Source: Lama guanicoe (Eukaryota). From it: a stretch of 64,000 nt of DNA. The notes beneath the pieces are model-generated. The model was not told where the DNA came from, did no database searches, and worked only from the letters and a program-made list of their open reading frames with translations. The position numbers were made by a program, and so were the translations under genes. Each line of letters begins with the position of its first letter. Position 1 is the stretch's first letter. Below are positions 36,166 to 48,980 of this stretch, in pieces. Location of the stretch: NCBI GenBank assembly GCA_013239625.1, contig MU053652.1:1924001-1988000 (forward strand). Reading direction: 5' to 3'.

Positions 36166-39014
36166 CATAGGACTTTTTCCACTTCGATTAGCTCATTACT
36201 TAATTGCTGGTGGACAGAAATCAACTTTTACCGTTTCAGTTAGCTTGGGGCTATGTGAGATCTAGCTCTCTATGCAAGACCCAGAGACCTTGTGTAGACC
36301 AGTTCTTTTCTTATTTGTCTTCAGCTTCTCCCTGCCACTGGAATAGTTTCTCTCTGTTGGTTTTCCTGGTACAGAAGCATCCCCAGAGAAGCCACTGAGT
36401 AATTTAAAGCAGTGTTTCCACCTTTTCAGGCGCCGGGATGGGCATGAATGGGAGGTGCGTGTGAAGAAGATGGTGCCGTCTAGTTTTTAGGCTGTCCTGG
36501 AGAGATGGCCAGCAGGTCCTTTTTTGTGTGACCATCTGGGCGTAGTCTGAGCATTTGGGAAAGGGGCTGCCTAGGCACTGGCACACCTCAATCCTTTAAA
36601 AACCGAGAGTGAACAATAACCATATACCTCGTTTTCAACCTGTCATTGCTTCGTAAACTCTAACCTATTGGGTTACAATTAAAATTTACTATCCAGTTTT
36701 ATACTCACAGACTTCAACTAAATTATTGCACCATCTGGTGAATAAAGAAAGTCTTGTTTCAAGGTGCCATTTGCTTCGGGGGAGGGGGTAGCAAGTTACA
36801 AAGGGGAATTGTTCAGGATACTCTTTACCAAGACACCTCACTTCCATCTCCCCTTTGTAAAATGGGGAGAAAATGCCTACCTTCTGCACCGGGACACTGT
36901 GCCAATACGTCAGGTGTCTTGGAAACTCTGGGGCAAAAGGGATCAGTGAAAACAGCCAACAGAGGAGAGGCAGGCAATAAAACCGCCGCTGTTTAAGTGC
37001 ACTCTGAGTGTGCCAAGCACTTCACATACATTATCTTATTTAATGTTCATAAAACATTATGACACAGGCACTCATATTCTCATTTTGCAGATGAGGCAAT
37101 AGAGCCTGGAGGTGAGAGAGCTTTCCTCCATGTACGGGTCTGTTGGTCTCTGATTCCAAAACCCACGCTGCTGACCAGGATGCTCCTTCCCTGAAGGTAG
37201 CTTTGCTAAGGCTTCCTTCCCCAGTGCCCCTAGCCTTGCTGTCCGGAAGGTGTGTGCAGCCAGAGCAGGGAGTCCAGAACACGTCCTCCCCTTCCTCTCC
37301 AGATGCCACAGTCCCAAGCCTGCCCATGGCTCCCCTGGCCTCGATGGCCACCCTGAGCTCCAGGAGGCCCTGCACAGGAAGCTGCAGGGAGGACTCAGAG
37401 CTGGTTTCCAGTTGCCTCCCAGGACCAGGAGGAGGACAGACATGGTCAAGGATGTGGAGAATGGATGGGGGCTCGGGAGCCAAGCAAGCTGTGGTTGGGC
37501 AATCCAACCCCGCCCTCCACCAGGTGGCTGGCCTTGGCAAACCTTGGTCGCTTCCCTGAGAGGCCGTTGAAAGGGGGTCACAGCTCATCCCGGCAAGGTC
37601 ATGAGAAGGCTTAGCTGGAACAATGAATGCAGTGCACCAGCACTGTGCTTCGATGTAGCAGATGCTCAAAAAGTGGCATTATCTCTTAATATCAGGACAA
37701 ATTACAGAGATGCTGTTCTGAGGGGTCTGAAGGACAGAGGAAGTAACGTGTGTCTGTGCATGGGAGGGGCTGTCGCAGCTTCAGGAGGGAGGTCAGTAGG
37801 AGACATACAACTGGGCAGATAGAGTCCCCGCCCGATTGCACGGTGAGGTGGCCACATTTCTCTTGCCTTTGCCTCAAGAGCCACCGTGGAGTGGGTAAAT
37901 AGAGGAGCCAGGCACGAGAGAAGCCAAGCCTGGAGACCTTGGGGAATGAGGGGGTCACCAGGAAGGGCTACGCAAAAAGCCAGAGTGAGCCACAAGGGCA
38001 CCTGGCCAGCACCACCCTGGCCCTGGAGAAGTCCCACCTCTCAAGGTCCCAGCCCTCCGGGCATGAGCACTGCAGCAAGGGAGATGCACATGGACCCAAT
38101 TTGGAAGCAGGCATGTTTTCCTTCCAGCTTCCTGATCTGTGGGAGCTTCCGATGCCAGGCAGTGGGAGCTCAATGGGAGTGCTTCTCTGCAGAGTGCAGG
38201 CGTGGGCTCCTGGCTGACCACCCAAGGGCAGGGCCTGGGTCAGACTGGACCCTGCCCTAGCCAACACCTTGCCCTGAGCCTGGAACGCAGGGTGGCGCCG
38301 TAAATGAGTGACATGAACTTTCTGGCTCTGCATCCATGGACCTTGGCAAACAGGGTTTCTCTGGCTGCATCCGTCTTCCCCAGCTTAAAATCCCTAGAGT
38401 GAAACAGGATGAAATCACTGCCATTTGGTGGCTGGTCTGTGATCGTGCCGAGGCTTTCCACACGTCTCCTTCAGGGCTCTCAGGAGCCCCGGGGAGTAGG
38501 GGCAGGACGCAGTGCCGGCTGCCCAGGCGCGTGGCCCGGCTCTGACACGTCTCTGTCTGGGGCTCTTGGGAAAGTTCCTTATCCTCGTGGGGCCCTGGGG
38601 TAATAATGGCACCCACCTCACAGGCTGCTGTGTGGATTAAATGGGCCAATATTTCTAAAGCATGTGGAACCGTGCTTGGCAGAGTAAGAGCTATGTACAT
38701 ACTAGTGGTACCTTCATGTCGCTGATGAAGAAACCGGGTCTACTGAGGGTCCTGCAACTCTTAAGAGACTGTGATGGAGTTAACACAAGCTGGGTGGACT
38801 CTGAAACTGCGCTCTTTATGCTCCACATGTCACCGTCCTTCCCAGGCACCCAGTGCATCTGCCCCTCCCCCCAGGGGGACACATCCCTCAAGATAAGGTT
38901 TCAGGGGCACCTCCTTCGGATGCCCCTGCCTCCTCCAGTGCTCTGTCCACACCAGATTCCCTGCTCCATGTTCTCAGAGAGCCCTCCCTCCAGGGCAGAG
39001 GCTGTGCTTCACTT

Positions 39015-39490
39015 TTGAAGTGAACTTTGTTTTAATGTAAGTATACAGACAGAGCAATGCACAAATGATCAGAACACAGCTCAGTGCATTTTCCCCGAGT
39101 GAACACAGCCATCAAGCCAGCACACAGATCGAAGCAGAGCACTGCCAGCCTCCAGAAGTCCCCCTGTGCCCCCTCCCAGTCACAGCCACCCGCTCAGAAA
39201 ACTCTTTTTTTCATCATTGATGAATTTTAATTGTTTTTTTAAATCTTGGTTTAATTGGTACTGTACAGTGTGCTGTCTTTCACTCCTGACTTTTCTCTTT
39301 CAATATGTTTGCAAGATTCATCCCTGTTACTGTGAGTGGCAATAGGTCCTTCATCCTCGCTGCTGGGAAGCATTTCATTGAGTGAATATAGCACAGTGCC
39401 CGGAGCTCCCCTATTGTTGCCGGACACCTGGCCATTTCTGGCTTGGGCCGCGATGCCTGGTGCAGCCATGCTCGTTCTCATGCGCCTCAG
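39015..39490 (-). mobile_element. Old LINE-1 (L1MC/L1ME-like) 3' fragment
   Basis: 'gtgaacacagccatc..ccagcacacagatc', 'gccagcctccagaagtcccc', 'aagattcatccctgt'. Confidence 0.6.
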
Positions 39491-40248
39491 AGGCGCATGC
39501 CGAGCTCAGGGGCTGGCTCATGTTTGCTGAGTGGATGGTACACCCTTACATCCTTGCACGACTCTCCCAATGAACAGAAGATGCAGGCAGAAAGATAAAA
39601 GCTTCTACCTCCCCTTCCCTGCATGGAGCAGGGTCTCAGAAGGAATCTCTAAGGAGACATCAGATGCTAGTTAGGGAGCGCCCAAGAGACTTTTGGGCTT
39701 AAGCTCCCTCTTTTTTTCAGGGGAATGAACTTGGGCCCACAGAGGTGTAGAGGGACTTGCCCAAGCTTGCATGGCATGGTAGTGTCAGAGCCCACGTGGA
39801 ACAAACCCAGTATCCCTGACTCTGGGGCCACTATCTGTCCACAGGACTCCCAGGGCCAGAGACATTAGGGGTCAGCATTAGGTTAGCCAGAGGCCCAGGT
39901 TTGGTGACGCGCTAGCCAGGGTGTTACCCACAGCAGCCGCAGCCTCCTGGAGTCCCCACCTGGGGCTGTGGCGTTGGGCTGCCGTGGCGTGGGGCCCCCT
40001 CCCTAATTCCATGCTAACAGTGACATTCTCTCCATCTCTAGAGAGAGTGACTCGCCTTGTGGGCTGTGATGGAGGTTAGGTAGGCACCGAGCGTGGTGCC
40101 TGGCCCTAGGTGGGGACTTGATGGCATGAGCCAGGCGGCCACTCATGGGGGAGTGGGAGGGTCAACAGCGTGCACAGCCCCACCCCCTGGGGGGCGATCC
40201 CTGGGGCCCAGCGGCCTCAAGACTCCCCCACCCGGGTCTCCACCGTAG

Positions 40249-40517
40249 GTTCCCGGCTACCGGCAGGAGCGCGTGGAGAAAGGCTTGAAGCTCTTCGCGC
40301 AGCTCATCAACAACAAAGTGTTCCTGCTGTCCTTCATCCGCACGCTGGAGTCGCAGCGCAGCTTCTCCATGCGCGACCGCGGCAACGTGGCCTCGCTCAT
40401 CATGACGGTGCTGCAGAGCAAGCTGGAGTACGCCACCGACGTGCTGAAGCAGCTGCTGGCCGACCTCATCGACAAGAACCTGGAGAGCAAGAACCACCCC
40501 AAGCTGCTGCTCAGGAG
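40249..40517 (+). CDS. PLXNA4: Plexin-A4 exon (~22): GAP segment C1, [16 protein letters not shown]...HPKLLLR
   Basis: ccgtag|GTTCCC acceptor, AGGAG|gtaggg donor, 269 nt. Confidence 0.96.
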
Positions 40518-40994
40518 GTAGGGGCGTGGCCCTGGGGCGGTGTGGGGCGGTGCAGGCCACAGAGCCCCGACCCGGCCCAGCACACCGGCCGGGCCCTCCT
40601 GCTCTCAGGACCAGGGTGGAGCTTCCAGAAGGAGCTCCCAGGAGCAGCTGCCAAGACTCCCAAGGTTAGGCACTGACCTGGCCAGAGACCAGAGTGCATC
40701 CTGTGCACTCTTAGAAGACCCTGTCCATCGTGTTGGTGCCTGTAACTCAGCCCCGACCCCTCTGCTCACCCCATGGTTCTTCTGCCACATGTCTGTTTCC
40801 CTTCTCCTCCCTCTACCCTTCTACTCCCCTGATTTGACCCTCTCTACCAGAGTTTTTCTCTTATGGACTCTTCAGAGGTCTTTTTCCCATCCCTGGCCTT
40901 ATCTAAGTCAGAACTTGAATTAGGAGAGATACCCTAGGGCCTCTCTGGGAACCCACCCCACCATCTCAAGATGGGAAACTTTAGCCCCTTTAGG

Positions 40995-41157
40995 CTCTCA
41001 CTGCTTTCTGGGACCAGCAGCAGAAGCACCACCTCGGAGCCTGTTGGAAATGCAGACTCTCAGGTCCCACCCTGCACCCACTGGATCAGAACTGGCATTT
41101 TAGCAAGAAATCTAGGGGCTCTGAATGTGTATTAAAGTTTAAGAAGCACTAGTCTAG
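40995..41157. mobile_element. MER5A-like hAT-Charlie fossil
   Basis: 'gaccagcagcag...gaaatgcagactctcaggtcccacc...aaagtttaagaagcact'. Confidence 0.75.
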
Positions 41158-42204
41158 CCTGTGTTTGAATTAAAGCTCTTTAGAGGCAACTTGATACAAC
41201 ATAGCAAGCATTTCCTGGCACCTGCCATGGGCTTTGCCCAGGTCCAGAGTCCACCTCTCAATACTGCTGGATGCTTCATCCTTGACACAGTTGAAACATA
41301 CTTGGTCACATGTGAAGACATAGCCATATCCAATGGCTTCAGCCTTATAAGAAATATCTGTGCTGCCTCTATCTATGCTGCCATTCAAACTGTCCATGTA
41401 CTTGAAGGCTATTTCTCCTCCAGGCTGTTGTTCAATGTTTTTAGCCTTCATGTAGATGAAGGTGGAAAACGCCCACATCAGGCCGTTACGTCCTGCTCTC
41501 TGCCTGGACCATCCATTTACCGTCTGCCTTTGCCTGTTCCCTGCCTTCCGTCCTTGGTCTCTGGGTCTGAGGCAGGGCCTCCCGCTTGGTCCAGAGGATA
41601 GATTTAGCTTTCAGAAGTGTTTACTTCAGGCTTTTTCCTGGTGCGGTGGGCATTTGCCTGCACAGCTGCCAAAGGTTGCTACATACAAGAACAATCATAC
41701 AGCAAGGTAGATCATTTTGATTTTTGTTTTACTTTCACCACGCAGCCACCCACCAGCATAATTCTAGGGTTGCCACCGGCTGCCAGAGTTCCCACCGACA
41801 ATTTCCCGGCGTGGTCTCGCTTTGTATCTGTGTCTCCTCCTCTTGTCTGCCGTTCGCTCGCTCCCAGATGCCCTCTCTCTCTGATGCTCTCCTCTGTCTC
41901 CTTTTCTTCTTCTTGCCCTTGGCTGCCCCCCTCCTTTCAGTAGTTTTCCTTCTTTTCTCTTCTCAGCTTCATTTTGTGCTGGCAGCGGCCCAGCTGCCCC
42001 AGGGCTTCAGTTATTAGTATCTTCTGGCAGCTGCCACTTTCAACTCTATCCAAACATACCTGGATGGGCTGCTTTCTCTCTAGAGCTGGCCACACTCTAA
42101 CTGCAAGTTCAAATGAAGTTTTTCTCTAACTGGAATGTGACCACAAATGTCCTTTGGCTGGTGACACTGCTACAGTGTCTTTACTTCCAAAGTAAAGGAA
42201 TAAA

Positions 42205-42335
42205 TGGGTTTGGGTAGCAGCATGAAAGATGCAAATTAGACTCAAGAATGAACTTCCTGTCATTGCAAATAAAACACCAGAATGGTTCCCATGAGAAGTT
42301 CCAAAGTACCTGGAAGTCTTTTAAATAGGACAATT
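42205..42335 (+). mobile_element. CR1/L3 LINE 3' fragment
   Basis: 'attagactcaagaatgaacttcctg...aacaccagaatgg...cctggaagtcttttaaatagg'. Confidence 0.5.
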
Positions 42336-42544
42336 TGGGCATCTGCTGCAATGAGCTAGGTATCCAGCTCCATGCTGCTGCCAGCTCTGGGAGTCTTTAG
42401 CTTAGGGGATGGGCTCAGTCTAGTCTATCTGGCCTTTTACCATGACCCACTTCTGCCATCTTTCTATCTTCTGCCAAATTAGGATCTCCCAGGGGTTTTC
42501 TTTTCTTACCCCAAGGAGCACACCCATCCTATACAGGTCTCTAA

Positions 42545-42757
42545 GGCTATGCTTATCCACTATGATAGCTATGAGTCATATGTGACTATTTAAATCTAAG
42601 TTAAAGTAAATAAAATTAAAAATTCAGCTCCTCAGACACGCAAGCTGTATTTCAAGTGCTCAGCTGGTGGCTACCCTGTTGAACAGCATAGAAAGTGCTA
42701 TTGGATGGCTTCATCATCACAGAAAGTACCCTGGACAGTCGGACAGTGCTGCTCTAA
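42545..42757. mobile_element. MER3-like hAT-Charlie fossil
   Basis: 'catatgtgactatttaaat...aaaattaaaaattcagctcctcag...atttcaagtgctca...catcatcacagaaagt...ggacagtgctg'. Confidence 0.75.
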
Positions 42758-42864
42758 CATATTCGCACAGAGCCTCACCTGGGAGCCGTCGCCCAGCTTG
42801 GCAGGCAAAACTTGTCATATCATCATGGAGTGTCTAGGGCCCACGGACCTCACGTATTCCTTAG

Positions 42865-43059
<195 letters not shown>

Positions 43060-43724
43060 TGATTGGATGGGGGTAGGGGGTAACCTCTGGCCCCAGCTCA
43101 GTCTCCCTGCCAGCCTGGGCATGAACCTGCATCCTCCCCATTTCCCTCCACGGCCCCCAAGTCCACAGATCCCGGGGCCTGGCTCCTAGAACCCCACCAA
43201 GAGATGGAGTTTCCCTCGTCAGTGAGGGCACGGGTTCCGGACCATCTCAGGCGGTAGAGCCCCACAGCCAGACCTAGCTTGAGAGACACGATCCCGGTAG
43301 ACAGCCTTCTCCCAGGCTGGGGAGCTGAGCCTCTGAGAAGACCCTAGATTCCCATTTCAAGCTCAAGACAACTCACCCCTTATTTCCCTGCCTTCCATCT
43401 TCTTTGCCTCCTGCTCTCCCAGCCCCAGACTTACTGAGGCGGATAAGGGTCCCAGGCAGGTACAGAAGCTGTGTGTGGTAGCAGATAAGCCAAGGACGTG
43501 CCTGGGAGGTGGACCAGCTGCTCGACTTCCAATTACTAACTTGTTTTCTAAGAAGTTCATGCCACCGAAGACTGACCTCTGTCTCTTGATGGGGCTGCAG
43601 AGAAACCAGAGTGGAGTGGGGATGGGGATGGGGCGGAGAGGGGGATGGGGCAGGGAAGACGAACAGAGAGCTCTAGAACAGCGGCGGTGAGAAAGCACAG
43701 ATAGGAGCAGGAGAAGAGAATTAA

Positions 43725-44075
<351 letters not shown>

Positions 44076-44529
44076 TGACAAGCCTCCCCTCCAGGTGCCC
44101 ACAGCATGGACCAGCCTGGTGTTCCACCTGTCCCAGTCACCCAGACTTCCTCCGTACCACCACACTGGGGCATCTGGGTTTGGGGACCAGTGGCTCGGAT
44201 ATATCTGAGCAACAGCAAGAGACTAGTGTGCGTCCAGGCCAGTGCACCGGATTGTGGGGGTGGTACCCCCTTGCCAACTGCTGGCTGACTGACCCCAGGG
44301 AACGAACTCCTTCTCAGCAGTTCTCCCAGTGGAGAGGGTTCTTTGCAACACAGCTCCAAGCAGGGAGCAGGCAGAGCACAAAGCCCACATGTGCATGACC
44401 GGAGCTGTAGGATGGCAGGTCCGGATGACCCAGAGCTTTAAGGTGTTCATCCAGGGAACGGGGGATCCCCTCAGTCAAGGTCAGACTCCCTTTTCTGCTA
44501 GCAACTGCCATCCTAGGAGGCAGCAAAGC

Positions 44530-44770
44530 TCAGCATTTAGGAGCATGGGGCTTGGAATCAGGCAGACCTAGATTGGAGGCCTAGTTCTGACCAGCTGGGT
44601 GATTTGGGGCAGGTCTCTTTATCTCTCCAAGTTTGAGGGGGGTTTTGTCTGAAAAAATGGGGATCCTAGTAAAACCGGGATAATGACAGTATGTACCTCC
44701 CAACGTTGTCCAGAAGATGGAGTGGGATAAGGTGCACAAAGCCGTGAGCCCAGGGTGAGCACTGCCTACT
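44530..44770. mobile_element. MIR SINE
   Basis: 'ggcttggaatcaggcagaccta...gctgggtgatttggggcagg...tctgaaaaaatgggga'. Confidence 0.6.
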
Positions 44771-45609
44771 GCTGGCTCACGTGGGCTCTGCCTCTTCTTT
44801 CCCACCATGACTGTGTGCTGGTGCCCACTGTCTCTCCAGGCCAGAGGGCTCACTGTCACGCTTTTGTTGGAGAGTTGTAATCTCCCACCCGGCCTTTTCC
44901 AGGAAAGAGGAGAGGAGGTAGAAGAAAGGAGTAAGAAAATAAGATAAAAGATAAATGTTGGCGTGGTGGAGTCCAAGAAGAGACAGCAAAGGCAGTGAAG
45001 AGGACAGAGAATAGATGGCATTTAGAGTGCACTTATGGGAGGTGACACATGGCAAGCCGGGCAGGAGCCGTGAACCGGGGATGAAGCCCAGACCCCGTCA
45101 CAGCCAGCTGCAGAGACATCCCTGCCACTCTGCACAAAGCTGGCCTCGCTGGCTGGGCATACTGCAGCCGTAATGCACCTGTCCCACTCCATCCTCGGAG
45201 GGCCCCGGGAATCCCGGTAGGCATCTGAGCAGATTTGCCGGGATTGGCTCAGTTGATGCAGCTTCAAAGCAGCAGCATGTGAGTGAGGCCCCTGCTTCCC
45301 TGCTAGTCGTGGCCTGCTCCAGGGGAGCAAGTTAGAGGCTCTGATTAAAATGGGAGAGGGGGAAAAAAAACCCTTCCAAAAATAGAGACCTGAACAGATT
45401 TCTTAATGAGCTAGAACTACCGTTGAAATGTCTTCTGCCTGATCTCTCCCTCTCCACTCCCTTTCTCTCCCTTCTCATCAGAGGCTCCCCAATATTGAAT
45501 CCAACACAATGAGCTGTAATAACGCTCTGTCCCCAAATTGCAGCATCCTTTATTCTGGAGGCCAAACTATTGTTAGCACACTCAGCCTGGTTGCAGATGA
45601 CTCGACTTC

Positions 45610-45790
45610 AAGAGAATGTGAGGAAATTGGAGTGGGTCAGGCAAGCGCATCCACTGAGGTGGAAACACGGGGGGAAGAGGCACCGTGAGGAAAGGGGAAA
45701 GAAATTACAAGTGTTTTGCCCAGAGAAGAAATGGCTGCAGGGAGATTTAATAGCCACCCTCAGGCCTGTGAAAGGAAACCCTCACTTGTA
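45610..45790 (+). mobile_element. CR1/L3 LINE ORF2 C-terminal fossil
   Basis: Translation KLEWVR...EERGKKLQVFCPEKKWLQGDLIATLRPVKG resembles the CR1 motif KLERVQ...[30 protein letters not shown]. Confidence 0.65.
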
Positions 45791-46089
45791 GAAGGGAGGG
45801 CAGCTTGATGCTTGGTGGAGGGACAAGGAAGAAAGTGTGTTAGCAGCAGACAGGGCTGACTTGAGACTGAGACGAAGGGGTCAAATAAAAGACAGGATGG
45901 CCTGGAATTCGACACTGGCTGGAAGAGCCCAGAGCATTTTGGGCCAACTGATGGTAACCTTGTGCTGGGCGGGAGGGAAACCACAAAGAGTGAGACAGGC
46001 ACTGAGAGGCTTAGCAAGCATCACTTTACGGTCAGGTGCACCTCCATCAAATTAGATTTGATGCTAGAACTTGGACCAATGTGGCCTAG

Positions 46090-46244
46090 GGCCCTGCTGC
46101 TGGGAGTGCCCAAAAGCATAGCTCGGAGCCTGCTCGAATGCAGAGTCCCAGGTCCCATCCTAGCCCTCCTGAGTCAGAATCGGCATTTTAACAAACCCCC
46201 TCAGTGATTCTATTCACATTAAAGTTTAAGAGGCACTGACCTAG
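46090..46244. mobile_element. MER5A-like hAT-Charlie fossil
   Basis: 'aatgcagagtcccaggtcccatcc...tcagaatcggcattttaacaaacccc...cacattaaagtttaagaggcactg'. Confidence 0.7.
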
Positions 46245-47964
46245 CAGAACAAACCCCAGGCATTTTGCTCTGAAACTAGCCGAGGGACATGGGAGTCGGG
46301 GTGGAGAAGGGAACCTCAGGGTGGAGCTGCGGCTTGGCCAGTGGTCAGGGAACCCTGTCCCTTGGTGGGGTCACTGCTGCTTCTCTGGATGCCCTAAAGC
46401 ATCCCACCACAAACCCCAGAGGCAAGCAGAAATGTCAGGAGAGCAAACTTAAGTGGCAGCCTCTGCCTCCTGGTTTCTCAGCCCAGAAAAGGCTGTGTTG
46501 CTGCCTAGGAGAGGCTGGGCCACCTCGCCACTGGCCCTGAGCACAGGACAGCAGGGCAGCCCAGGACAGCACAGAGCACCGGGCTGCGCTTGGCCCCTGG
46601 GGGTGGGGGGCAGGCAGGAGGGGTCGCAGGAGGCTCTTAGAAGAAAGGGAATGGCTAGGCTAGGGCACTCAGAAGGGACACGTGGTCCAGAGTCCCCTCC
46701 ACCATTGTTTTCAGTTTAGGACATTTTGAGGGTGAGAGTTTGGATTTACAGATTTAGGAGGTTTTCTTCTTCTTAATGGAAGAAGCATGTTCCCGTTTGC
46801 GCTCACAGCAGTCTGCTTGCTAATGAAAGGCAGGCGTCCAGGGGCCAGGGTCCTGATTGCCACCACATGGGGCAGGAGGGGGCAGGGGTGGGAGGAAGGC
46901 TGCTATCTGAATCTGCAAACCAGACGTGCAGTTGGGAAATGGTTGGAGAGGTGCAATGACAGTCTGAGAAGGAAACACAGGATGGGCTCCAGCAGCAGGG
47001 TCAGACCGAGGCTGCAGGAGCCCAGGATGGCAGGACCACTGGGCGGCCCCTGTGACCCACAGGACCCCCTCCCCCAGATCCACTCGGCCTCCCACGATCT
47101 CATCCATGTAGAGAGGCCCACGCTGAGAAGAGCAAGAGAAAAAAGCCTTTGGAAATGGCCCATAACTTTTTAAAGCATAAAATACAGTTTGGTTCTTAAA
47201 GCTTAACTTATCCTAGTAGGACTTAACTAGTTGGACTAGTCTTAATTTATCCGACTAGTTCCAAAAAGAGAAATTGAGGTCCTGAGCCAGGGTGGCCTCT
47301 TCCCCTAACACCAGGTTTCAAGCTCGGAGCCTGGAAGGGATCTCAGGTGCCCTGAACCTGTAATTTTTAAAGGGCAACTTTTTATTTTTAAAGAACATAT
47401 TAAGCTTCTTACAGATTCTCCAACTTTCCCTCAGCCTGGAATCCTCACAAAAATTGAACCATATGAAATCTTCAGAGAAAGGAGCCAGATTCCTATTAGT
47501 GTGGGTGTGTGTATGAGATGGAGTGAGGAGACAGACAGACTGACACACAGGGATGGGGGCAGGGAGTTCAAAGGTGGGTGAGGGTCTGGGTGTGCTGCTG
47601 CGATGGTGCCTAACTGAGGTGGGGGTTGATGGGCATGCAGTAGTGTCCATTCTCAGACAGGTTACCCCTCACTGCCTCCGCCTGCTTGGACATCGTTCCC
47701 TGTGATAAATCCAGATTTTAAAGGAGTCTGTTGTGAAGAGGAGTTAAATATGCAGCTCCTACTCCGTGGCATCTTCCTGCTGTTTGTCTGGGCGGAAGGG
47801 CAGAGGGCTTGGCAGGAACCTGGTCGGGCTGGGGCCGCTCCACCCCTCTTCACTTGCACCTGCAGAGGCAGAGCTGGTCAGGATAGGACCCTGGGATGCT
47901 GCTGGCAATCCCGGATCTCTCCATGCTGCCCTCCCCGACACGCCTCCTCTCCCTTCTCCCCCAG

Positions 47965-48124
47965 GTCCTGAGTTGTGTCAACCCAGACAACGCCAACAGC
48001 CCCGAGATCCCAGTGAAAATCCTCAACTGTGACACCATTACTCAGGTCAAGGAGAAGATTCTGGATGCCATCTTCAAGAATGTGCCCTGCTCCCATCGGC
48101 CCAAGGCTGCAGACATGGACCTTG
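47965..48124 (+). CDS. PLXNA4: Plexin-A4 exon (~25): RBD start, [53 protein letters not shown]
   Basis: ccccag|GTCCTG acceptor, CTTG|gtgagt donor, 160 nt. Confidence 0.95.
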
Positions 48125-48739
48125 GTGAGTAGGCTGCCCACCCAGGGGGATGTCCTGTGACTGGTCAGAAGCACCTGTTCCCGACCAGTGGAGCCGGGTC
48201 AGGGTACAGGAAGCAGGCATGTACAGCCCCCAGGAGCCCAGGGGGTGTGCCTTCGTGGCCACTTTGTGAGCAGTAAGCAGAGAGAGGACCACACAGTCTG
48301 CTGGCGATCTGACTGCCTGTGGGGTCTTTTGAGGGGTGGGAGTGGAACTGTCACAGTTGCAGTGAAGAGGATTTAGTCTGAAACTGTGTGGTCGAAGGTC
48401 TCACCACCACCATCCGTGTGCCCCTAGGCCCTTCCCTTCGCCTCTGTTCTGTGCCTGTAATTCTTTGCTGCCTGTTGAAGGCATGAGGGATCTGGGTCAG
48501 TGATGGAGGATGGAGAGAAAGAATAGAGGAAAATAAGATATGACAGCTTACTGGGGAGCAGGATGACATTTTATTTGAATGTTCCGCGAATAGATCGCCT
48601 AGCCTATATAAACAAGGGCCAGCTATTCTTAGATCCAGCTATAGCTCGCCAGAGTACTTAATAAGATATCGTCCTGGGGAAATCCTGGTGGGGAGCCCCA
48701 GGCTCCAAAGAGGCCAGGACTGAAGACAGGCAGTTTGGC

Positions 48740-48980
48740 ATTGTGGATCACCATCAAACATGCCTGGATTTGAGTCCTGTTGCCACCAAGTCCTAGCTGT
48801 GTGACTTTGGACTAGTTACTTACCCTTCCTGTGCCTTAGTTTCCTTGCCTATAAAATGGATATAAATAAGAGCGCCTGCCTCATTGTAATGACGAAATGA
48901 GATGATGCCTGTAAAAGTCTTTGAATGCACTGCCTGGCCCATGGTATATACTCAGTAAGTGTTGGCCGCTGCTATTTCTG
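48740..48980. mobile_element. MIR SINE
   Basis: 'ctagctgtgtgactttggactagttacttacc...tgtgccttagtttcctt..ctataaaatgg...actcagtaagtgtt'. Confidence 0.75.

Noticed and set aside
37517..37528. CTCF-like core CCACCAGGTGGC
   Set aside because: Single motif match with a non-consensus following base; plausible by chance in GC-rich sequence and unsupported without ChIP data.
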